A stretch of DNA of 60,550 nt, counting the filler, from Globobulimina sp. (Eukaryota), in NCBI GenBank assembly GCA_003354225.1. It is 15 parts of 15 records of this genome, joined end to end, with 100 filler letters (N's around TTAATTAATTAA, not from the genome) between each part and the next. Parts side by side here need not be neighbours in the genome. Positions count along the whole stretch, not along the records: positions 8,095 to 12,040 come from PIVH01001844.1; positions 12,141 to 16,085 come from PIVH01001845.1; positions 16,186 to 20,129 come from PIVH01001846.1; positions 20,230 to 24,172 come from PIVH01001847.1; 11 more parts are not named here. One strand, written 5' to 3'. The notes below the pieces were generated by a model, which saw nothing but the letters and a program-made list of their open reading frames with translations, searched no databases and was not told the DNA's origin. Every line of letters starts with the position of its first letter. Position 1 is the first letter of the stretch. Of this stretch, positions 10,542-20,231 are shown one piece after another. The translations under genes and the position numbers were made by a program.

Positions 10542-11069
10542 ATGGCAATTATAACACTTGCAGAATACAAAGTCTTTCCTGCATATAATACCACTCAAGC
10601 AGATGCAACAATTTCTGTGCTTATTCCAAGCGTAGAGGCACATTTTTTACAAATACGGAATATTCCTTTTCTTGAAATATGGGCGGATACAGAATCCGGC
10701 TCTGATATACTTGAAAACATCACCGACCGCGATTCGAACGGGTATTCATTGATTTCCGAATCCTTAATGGCAGGCATGGAGGCAGAAGGAACCGGCATTA
10801 CATCAGAATCGAAAGTAGTTTCATGGGATGACGACGACCAGACGATAACCCTTGATACTAACTGTGATGCAACCGTTGAACAGTCTGTTATTACCATGTA
10901 CCCCGCCGGAGCAAAGCTGATATGCTCACGTATGATTAAATATTTATTCGAGAATGACGGGGAAAATAGTTATAGGCTCGGCGATGAGTCACAGAGCTTT
11001 GACGAATTTCTCGGCATATACCCGCGCAACATTGTTGTCGGTATTGAAAGGTTCGTAAGGGTTGTATAA
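10542..11069 (+). CDS. Phage head-tail adaptor (gp6/gp15-like) with inserted beta domain
   Basis: N-terminal ITLAEYK helix, C-terminal YPAGAKL..SYRLGDESQSF; gene position. Confidence 0.7.
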   Translation: MAIITLAEYKVFPAYNTTQADATISVLIPSVEAHFLQIRNIPFLEIWADTESGSDILENITDRDSNGYSLISESLMAGMEAEGTGITSESKVVSWDDDDQTITLDTNCDATVEQSVITMYPAGAKLICSRMIKYLFENDGENSYRLGDESQSFDEFLGIYPRNIVVGIERFVRVV

Positions 11070-11392
11070 TGGGTATAGCATCAAAACTAAATAAGACGGT
11101 CTTAATATACCGAAATACTATAGGGGCCGGATACCACCCAACTAATACATGGGCGCTGTTATCAACGGTTGCCGGCCTATTAACACAGATGTCAAGTAAT
11201 GAAATTATCGATCAGGACGGGAAAAAAATTATTATAGACGCGAAATTATATATACTTCCTACAGATGTAACACAATTGGACAGAATAAAAATTGATTCAG
11301 ACTATTATGATATATACAGGATAAAGAATCCACAGAGTAAAACGAAGCATTACGAAATTTCAATGTCGAGATTACAAGACGGTACAATGTAA
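11069..11392 (+). CDS. Phage head-closure/head-tail joining protein (SPP1 gp16-like)
   Basis: 107 aa; DRIKIDSDYYDI..NP...HYEI pattern; gene position. Confidence 0.75.
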   Translation: MGIASKLNKTVLIYRNTIGAGYHPTNTWALLSTVAGLLTQMSSNEIIDQDGKKIIIDAKLYILPTDVTQLDRIKIDSDYYDIYRIKNPQSKTKHYEISMSRLQDGTM

Positions 11393-11856
11393 TGGCTTTT
11401 ACTTCAAATAGCAAAGTTGTATTGAGCGGCATTGAAAGAGCGGCCGAACGTGGCGTCACTAAGTGTGTTTTGATGATAGAAGCCGAGGCAAAACAGAGAG
11501 CGCCGGTTCATGATGGCCAATTGAGAATGGGGATAGGCCACAAGGTCGACAAAAGAAAAAACGGCGTCAGCGGTCGTGTCTTCTCTCATGCTAATTACTC
11601 GGCATCGTACGAGTTTGGCAGAAAACCAGGCAAAATGCCGCCTATATCCGCACTTAAGAAATGGTGTAAAGACAAACTCGGCGACGAAAATTTAGCCTTC
11701 GTGGTAGCCCGTAAGATTGCACTATATGGTACTGTAAACAGCCGATATCGCAAGCCATTCATGAGGCCCGCTATTGATAATACACATAGGCAATGCGTGG
11801 CAACGATAAAGAAAGAACTGGCAAAAGAGGGAGCTAAAAGTGCCTCTATTAGATGA
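11392..11856 (+). CDS. HK97 gp10-family neck/tail protein
   Basis: EAEAKQRAPVHDGQLR, YEFG, PFMRPA motifs. Confidence 0.85.
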   Translation: MAFTSNSKVVLSGIERAAERGVTKCVLMIEAEAKQRAPVHDGQLRMGIGHKVDKRKNGVSGRVFSHANYSASYEFGRKPGKMPPISALKKWCKDKLGDENLAFVVARKIALYGTVNSRYRKPFMRPAIDNTHRQCVATIKKELAKEGAKSASIR

Positions 11857-12040
11857 AGCGATATATAATCACTTATCGGCAATAACCGATATTACCAATA
11901 TAATACCGGCCACGAATATACAGTGGTCAGATGCCACGCAGGAAACTACGGTAAATAGAATAATATATAAACTGATCTCGGCACCGCCTTTATATGATGC
12001 GACGGATCAGTGGCAACGATGGGAATTTATAATAATTCAT
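11840..12040 (+). CDS. Putative tail terminator/completion protein, 3' partial
   Basis: Follows gp10; LDEAIYNHL N-terminus; truncated by the contig end. Confidence 0.55.
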
Positions 12041-12140
12041 NNNNNNNNNNNNNNNNNNNNNNNNNNNNNNNNNNNNNNNNNNNNTTAATTAATTAANNNN
12101 NNNNNNNNNNNNNNNNNNNNNNNNNNNNNNNNNNNNNNNN

Positions 12141-14955
12141 CTGAGAAATTGTGTTGGGATATTCAGCACGTAGCGACATTCATTGTACGGTTTCTCACAA
12201 AGCTCAGTGTATTCATAATTTAATATCTCCATTAATTTCTCCTTTTTATTTAATTGTAATTTATCCATTACAAAATCAAATATTTTTTCTTCAATTTTTT
12301 TATTCATCATCCAATAAACAATGCGATATAAAGCCTTTAGATTTTTCATTAATTCTTCTTTAATAAATTCATCAAACAATGAAAATAAATATTTCATCAA
12401 TTTATATTTATTCACAATATGTTTATTAAACAAACAATATTCGAATGGCGTAATATTGCTTTCGTCACAATCGAAAAACGCGTTTTTAAAAAATATTTGT
12501 TTATTGTTATTGTCTTCATTCTGTCCGCCGATGAAAACATTTACAAAATAATTAATGGCATTGATATTTCCTTTTGCAATGATAATGAAAGATAACTGTT
12601 TCCCGTAAAATGTGAAACAATCCATATTATAAAAAGTATCATCAATCGGTTCAGGATATGTATATTCTAACAACTTCATCACAGTCTCAGTTTTTATTTC
12701 CAATTTATTTAAGATAAATTGAATAATTGTATTAGTTTTATAATTGTTATACATTACCACCAATAATCTGAATATTTGACTTGGAACCGTTACATATCGC
12801 TGTATCACTTCTGTTAAATCAAATATAACCTCTAACATCGCCATAGATATTGAGCCATGAAATAATGCTTCAATCGGGTTATAATTACTTTTATTTGTAT
12901 AAAACAACCGATCTATAAATAATTCCTTTGACACATTTGCTTTTATAAATTGCAATGCTTCCATATGGTTCAATTTGCATATGTTTAATAATATGGATTC
13001 ACCCGTTGCATCATCAATTTTTAAAAATAATTAACGCATACAAACTCTCAATGTCACCATCATTCCCTGCAATTAATAGTTTTTTATCCTGATCTAATAA
13101 CTGTGGCAAAATACTGGCCACCGATTTGTCCATAAAATCTTGCTGTTTTCCCACTGCATCTAAATATTTTGTCCTCTCTTTATATTCAAACATCTCTTTC
13201 AAAACAAATTCCACTTCGCCAATGATATTATTCCGCGGAGCTTGTATCAATACATTCAATTTGATAGACGCATATTCAATTTTTTTATAATTACCATCCT
13301 TATATTTAGCAAATGCATTAAAATTACTAACCAGCGATATAATATTCCCACATTGATTTTGTCGCACTTTTGTGCTCAGCAAATCCAATGCATTCAACAA
13401 CCACGAAATGTTTGTAAAAATCAGCAAACATTTATTAAAATCGCACATTTTGGCAGTCACTGGACACTGTTCATTATAATATTTGTTATCCGCAATGTTC
13501 TGTGCATCCATTATCGAAGGTATACTGCATCGGATATATTTCACTGCGTCGCTCTCACATTCATGTTTTTTTTCATCCTCATTGACATAGCCAATATGAG
13601 TGACCGCATCAATATGAAACAAACGCTGTACAGTGGCCTGGAAGTCAGCATCGACAGAATGTGCGAGTAATAGCAGTTTGCTTAAATATTGACCAAAGTC
13701 TGCGTGTTGGTACACATTAAAATCACCACTGGACATAACCACAAACTGTGTCAGTTCCTGTAACGAATATTCTAAGCGTAGACCGTCCGGAATCCGATCC
13801 TGACGCACATCAAATTTCATATCCTGTCCAATTTGCCATTGTAACAACGCATTCCATTCATTTTTATTCTTATCAGCTAAGATTGCCATATCTTGTTCTA
13901 ATTTTAATGACTGTTTCTGCTGTTCAATATTTATCATCATATTCAATAATTTATAATATAAATACGATTTTCCTTCAGTCTCTTCTGAGCCATCATCGTC
14001 AGAATCGTCCTGTTTCTGTTCGTTATCGTTTTCGTGTTGTTTCTGTTCAATGTTAGCGTTTGAATTTTGTCTTTTTTTGGAGTTTAGCATCTCTTTATAC
14101 CATAAGTTGGAAGGCAATAAAAATGTGTTGAACCAATACCAATGCATGGAATTGCCACCAGTGACGATATCATTTATTGTGTTTTCAATGGTTTGCCATA
14201 ATTTGGAGTGTAATGGGTTTGTGATTATTTTGTTAGATTCAGTAAAATGCCATGCAATCAATAACATGTCGTCTGAAAATGGCAATTTATTTTCTATCAT
14301 ATTACACACAATGTCAATGAACATAATTTTAAATAATTTTTCATTCGATTTGTGGATTTTTAATGCATTTTGCAATCCGTCGATAATAAAATTCTGTTGA
14401 TTCATTTTTGTGGAGATATTTTTGATTTGTTTGATGTGGTTTCCATTGTACGAATTGTGTAATAATAATTGTTGAATGTGATAGAATGAGCCATGCTGTG
14501 CATATTTATATGCTGTCATATTATTTATATCGATATGGTTTATATCGCAACCGAGATTTAAACATAATTCACAGATATGAAATGAACCATATTTTGCTGA
14601 TAGTAAAAGTAAGGTTTGTTTTGATGAGTTCATATCAAACATATTTACTGTTTTATCATTGATTAAAGATTTAATGTGATCCATATTATTGGCGGCAATT
14701 TTTTCTTCAGTTTGTTTCCAAAATTCATTTGTTTGTAAGTGTTGTTTTGATGGTAACATTTTTCTTAATTTTGCATTTTCCCGTTCAAATAATGCTAGCT
14801 TTTTTTTTAATTCCTCATTTTGCTGTTTGTACTAAAATTGTTCAAATATTATGTCATTGTTTTAACATTGAATTGCAATATTAGTGTAATACCTCATCGC
14901 ATGTCATCTCACCTGGAGATTGTACTGGCTCTTTGGCTTCCTCTCGTTGTTCCAT
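12141..14955 (-). CDS. Ankyrin-repeat protein with RelA/SpoT-like nucleotidyltransferase domain; exon 14955-14893, intron 14892-14832, apparent frameshift near 13020, 3' partial
   Basis: Ankyrin repeats (QTLLLLSAKYG, MTAYKYAQHG); D-F-N-K, YASIKLNV and IGEVEF motifs; the second frame continues with ankyrin-like TGESILLNICKLNH. Confidence 0.65.
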
Positions 14956-15142
14956 TTTTAGGCTATACTGCAGGATGACTAGCTCACGTACTTCAAGAAA
15001 ACCTTTAATTCTAGTCATCAGATAATAGATTAGTGAAATTAAAAGTATTCATTTCTATCCTCAAAAGTGGAATTATATTAATCGAAATTTGTTAAATTAA
15101 TTGTTTTTTTTTGATGTAGTCAAGGAAGAGAAATCGGATCGA

Positions 15143-15517
15143 TCAAAGCCAACTGTCATTACCAATTATTATTCGTGTTTCGTTATATCCCGGATAGATA
15201 TCAATTATTTCTTTATCTTTCTCAAAATAATTTGAATTAAATAATAATGGTTTCTTAATATGTTTTGGTGGCTTTGCGTCAGAAAAATAGGACCAAATTG
15301 ATGTTGATACATATAAGCATTGATTATATTCATTATTGCCCCATAAATAATATTTATTATCCGCTGTTTTAATAATATTATGATTTGCTCCACATTTAAT
15401 ATCAATAATTGTTTGCTTTTTTAATGTTTCATTTGGTTGCGGTAAATATACAGTTTTATTTGAACCATTGCCACATTGATACTCCCCATTCCCTCCAAAA
15501 CAATATATCTTATTTAT
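15143..15517 (-). pseudogene. Orphan RCC1/BLIP-II repeat fragment (absent from the ORF track; no start codon)
   Basis: Translates to IYCFGGNGEYQCGNG...IIDIKCGANHNIIKTADNKYYLWGNNEYNQC...IIDIYPGYNETRII; in-frame stop immediately upstream. Confidence 0.75.
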
Positions 15518-15818
15518 TCATCACTCAAAACTTTGTAATTAAGCAAGAATTTCAGGCAATGACGCAATGTCGATAAATAAACTTGTGTCTCTGTGTATAC
15601 TGCACTCTGCAAAGCACACATAAAAATAATATGAATTCGATCCAGCGGATAGATACGATGCTAAACTTAAAGCTCCCGTAAGAATGTGGCAGAGATGTAA
15701 TTCGATCTCGAAGCAGATCCATGTCATCTTGGAATAATGAGATGGAGGCACAAAGCATGCAGCTGAACTCACAGAGTTAATTCGCACAACAATTCTTACA
15801 ATCAAGTAACAAATACAA

Positions 15819-16085
15819 ATGAATTATTCTTTGCCATTTCTTGTGATCACTACATTTGGTATTCAATATTGTAATACCTCTGATGGCTCTCAATCTGAAT
15901 CTGATGTTGAAATGCCAGAATTCGGTGAAATGCCACATCTTATGTCAGAAGTCGGTGATTCATATCATTATGGTTTGACTGATGCTGGTTTGAACGCAGA
16001 GATTATTTTACAAGAATCGCAGAATGAATCGAATATCACTCAATTTACTAGAATTCATTACATGTTGGTTTCTGAGCCCATGCCA
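15819..16085 (+). CDS. Hypothetical protein with possible signal peptide, 3' partial
   Basis: ATG followed by a hydrophobic N-terminus and then an acidic segment. Confidence 0.35.
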
Positions 16086-16299
16086 NNNNNNNNNNNNNNN
16101 NNNNNNNNNNNNNNNNNNNNNNNNNNNNNTTAATTAATTAANNNNNNNNNNNNNNNNNNNNNNNNNNNNNNNNNNNNNNNNNNNNTTTTTGATGACGAAT
16201 CAAATGGGTGGTGGAGGGGTATTTATCTGAATATATATATATCATATATCACAAAGCAAACAGTTGTAATTCACAAGGTATGAAGATATTGATATATTC

Positions 16300-19200
16300 C
16301 TATTGGTCCATTGGTGGCACAGTAACAGATTCAATCGATTGCTGCTTAATTTGTGCCAGTTCACTTTGCAATTGTCCCAATTTATCATCTTTCTGTCGAT
16401 TGGCTGATCTTAATTGTACATTTTCTAAAGACAACTGCGCATTTCGATTCATTAAAATTCTTAATTTTTCTACAATTGATTGTTCATCCTCTAAATTGAA
16501 GGAATCTGCTAAATCATTAGCACCAATGTTCCCAATCGAACGTACATATCGTACATCAATCAATTTTATTGCAATTGACCATGAAATACATGTGATACAT
16601 GTCCTATTATTCAGAGTCTTGGATAAAAATGCTTGACCACCACAATTAGTTTTGTCTTTTGACAACCATTGAGGTGGCACAATTTCATGATACTTTATTC
16701 TTTCATCATATCTACACAACAAATCATATTCCAATCTGACAGCCTCAACATCGATCGGTAGCGTATCTAACTGAAAAAACAATGTTATCTTTTTTGATTC
16801 ATTCGAATATTTTGAACAACATTCCAAATGAAACCCGACTTTTTTCAAACTACCAATGTTATATTCGTAACCTGCCGATTTAATATACAATCTCTCCTCT
16901 TCCGTAGTAATAAACTCTTTATATTCTTCATCACTTATAAGCCATTCAAATTGTTGCACAAAATTAATTTTTGAAAAGCTAATTTTATAAAAATTAAAAA
17001 ATTCACAACATCCATGCAATAAACATCGCAATTGTTTGTGTTGAATGGTTTTTAATGCATATTTGTTGAGCCATAAACGACCGAAATCATACTGCTTTTT
17101 CATTCTTCTAATCATACTCTCAAATAACAATAAAATATATTTTGGTATCGAGTGTCTGTTCATTTGCAATAAAAAGGAAAGTATCTCAAATAATTTCTCT
17201 TCAGTTCCTTTTGGATTATTGGCAATAAACTGTCCATCAATAATTTGCTCCAACATTCGCAACGCAGAGATATATTCTTTTGTGCTGTTTGAAGCAATAT
17301 AAATGTCACATATTTTCAAACTGGAGCCGGCGATCAATCTCTCATTCTCATGTTGATAACGCGACAATTTCGACACATCAAAATATCGCGTCTTGGCATT
17401 GGCTGCTTTGAGTTTTAATATTATGCCATGATCATCGCAGAAATTCTGAGCTATATTCAAACTGCTTGTTGTCGATAATGGACATTCAAAATGTTGTGTC
17501 ATAGAAGCAAACGTCAACATTGTCTTCAATCCGGTGTATAATATCGTTTTCTTCATCAAACTGCCATAAAACATCACACTTTCCTTTAAAAACTTGCACC
17601 AATGGGCAATTTCAGCATTTCTGTCCACTAATTGTTGGATGCTTTCCTGCTCTTTACATTTGCGACAATTTATCTTAAATTCTTTTTGTACGTCGCTAAA
17701 ATCTGTGTATAATTTCAATGCCATCAAATGGTTGATTGTGATGACACTCCCAACTGCAATCTTGAATTTTTTATTATTCACACCAATATTCTGTGCAGTT
17801 AGCCCACATCCATAGCATTTCAACAACACAACACATTCTTTGTACAACCAATAATAATTCGCTTTCGATATTCTCTTAAGATTAAATAATAGAATTTATA
17901 TATTACAATAGTAATTATACAATAATACCTTAATTTTATTATGCAACAATTCAGCTCTCAACGTAGGATAACGTGGTTTCACACTATTTTTATAGCCATC
18001 ACGCCAATAATCCAAATATTCCCCAAAACTAAAACTATTTGAAAATTCTGCACATTTTGTGTCAGCATCTCCAGTTTTAAAATGAATGATATTTTTATGC
18101 GTAAAATCTTGAATTAACTTATCTTTGGTTTTATGCTCTGATTTAAATTCATTAGTGTAATTCCTACCATTTCTTGCATAATCGAAATATGTCAACCATT
18201 CATGCCGTTTGTTGTTAGACTGCAATCTACAAATCAATGTGTCGCATTTTGTTTTGCTTTTTAATATAATATCTATCATTGTATGTTTATACGGTATGAT
18301 CTCTTTAAACTTCTGCATCCAAAGAATTTTTGCGTTCGAATGTGTAAATCTAATTTGATTATCATAACCGCCAGGAATATCTTCTCCAAATTCATCAAAT
18401 TCGTCCAATTGAAAAAATGAAGCTAGTGACACAATGTTTTTTTGATTTAACAACATATTCAATTTCATACTCTTTTTAGTGTGACCTATCAACGACGGAA
18501 TAACCTTACTTACATCCTCCACAATATCCAAATTCTCAGCCATGTTTATGGCTGTTTGTGGATCAAGTTTGTCACTGTCCTGAGTCAACAGCTCATCAAT
18601 TTTGGTCTTGTTGCGAAATTCCAGCCATATTTCATAATTTATGGGAGATATCAAATACAAATAAGTCCCCATTAATACCGCTGCAACATCAATGAACATT
18701 TGTTTTGAGGATGAATATACACTCATCAATGAATCAAATATTATTGTATTTGCTCTCAGTACTTTTAATAACTGCGATTGTTGAATATTTTTCAATTTAT
18801 AAAATGCATCGTTATATTCATCATTTGCGTCAAATATATCGTCAGTGCGGGAATATTCGCGCTGTAAACTCTCACTAAGCACGTTTTTGTCGGTGTTTGA
18901 TTGACTGTAATCAATGGGAGATATGGGCGATTTGCAAATATTTTGAAATTCATTGTCTGATGAATATGATTTTGCCTTTGATGTACTCCGACTTTGTTCG
19001 ATATGTATGCCTGTTGCTGTGGCTGTTGTGGTCGTGATTGGTGATAATAAGTTATATTGATTTGCAATCATCACTCCCTGAATCACCTCAATCCAACAAA
19101 ACATTGCTGCTTTAGATTCTGCTGTAAATACTCTTTTCTTTATTTTCTTGTGATCTGAAACAATCTCAAATTGACCGACTGTCTTTGTTGAGCGTATATG

Positions 19201-19356
19201 CTGATATTTGGTGAGATCGATTGTATCTGTTTCTTTGGTATTGCTGTAACAATGAATAAATGTGCCTTTTAACTCTATCCATCGTTTTCTAAATTGTTTT
19301 AATACTAATGATTGTTTGTATAGATAACCTTGTTTGATGATAGCAGGCGAAGCCAT
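16300..19356 (-). CDS. PH domain + R-S-E-type ADP-ribosyltransferase-like domain + MATH-like domain + coiled coil; exons 19356-17929 and 17874-16300 (about 1000 aa)
   Basis: PH: IIKQGYLYKQ..FRKRW..WIEVI; ART-like: ALKLYT, LYTG, PLSTT, ENERL; the 54-nt GT-AG intron 17928-17875 joins the two ORFs in frame. Confidence 0.7.
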
Positions 19357-19398
19357 TATGTCTCACTTCGACAAAGCTAGTCTTCACTACAATATAAA

Positions 19399-20011
19399 TT
19401 AAGTCACTACTGTGTCTGCGGTGCTTGTTATTTCAAAGGAATCAATGATCAACAAATGATCAGACAACTTTTCATACATATTTTCTTTAACAGCACCAAT
19501 TTCAAAGTTAACAAATATATGATCCAAACAACCCCATTTTTTTGCAATCATTGTGGGTTCAAAACTATTTATTTTTTTCATATCATAACCTAATTTCCCT
19601 TCAATATCAAATTCCGTCATTAAACTAATTTTTTTGTCGCTTTCATGCATATCCTTTTCGAAGTTTGTTAAATCCACATTAAAATCACCAAATACTATAA
19701 TATTCACTCGATTACATTTACTTTCAATAAACTTATCAATGAACGTTTTCAATTCAAGAATTTGTCCAATTGTATGCTTCCCAGATTTAGAATATTGTAA
19801 ATGAGTGGTGATTGTTAACAAATTATACTCAGCAAAATAGGCCCAAACAAATCCTTTATTAGCTATTGAATCAAGGCATGCACAACAAACATATGCTCCA
19901 CTTCCAAACTGTGTGGCTTTTCTATTTGATAACAGCAACAATCCATTGTCTAAAATACGGCAAAATGGAATGGATTGGTTATAATATGAGTATGGCAAAA
20001 TATGTTTGAAT
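19399..20011 (-). CDS. Endonuclease/exonuclease/phosphatase (EEP) family, sphingomyelinase-like, 5' partial
   Basis: ANKG, TTHLQ, GDFN, LDHIF and SDH motifs. Confidence 0.85.
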
Positions 20012-20015
20012 CTTT

Positions 20016-20124
20016 TATGAAATGCCTTTTTGGGCGGCCTGCTGGAAGCAGAAGTTGCCCTTCCCTCATCAAAAGTTCAGGCTGGTCGATAACGTAGCTT
20101 GAGTAGAGTAAAAGGCAATTTATA
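20016..20124. repeat. GC-richer 109-bp foldback element with 15-bp terminal inverted repeats
   Basis: TATGAAATGCCTTTT pairs with AAAAGGCAATTTATA (13/15); internal hairpin GGGCGGC-CTGCT..AGCAG-GTTGCCC. Confidence 0.55.
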
Positions 20125-20231
20125 TTTACNNNNNNNNNNNNNNNNNNNNNNNNNNNNNNNNNNNNNNNNNNNNTTAATTAATTAANNNNNNNNNNNNNNN
20201 NNNNNNNNNNNNNNNNNNNNNNNNNNNNNAT

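Larger units (their letters stand above)
8095..12040 (+). mobile_element. Tailed bacteriophage (siphovirus-like) head and neck gene module; separate bacterial/viral contig
   Basis: Intronless co-oriented genes with Shine-Dalgarno sites and TAATG stop/start overlaps, higher GC than the other contigs, canonical gene order. Confidence 0.92.

Noticed and set aside
8095-12040. Phage integrated in, or transferred to, the eukaryotic genome
   Set aside because: The phage occupies its own contig; no junction with host DNA is visible
20100-20120. U5 snRNA loop I (GCCTTTTAC on the minus strand)
   Set aside because: No flanking stem closes the loop and the rest does not fit the U5 structure
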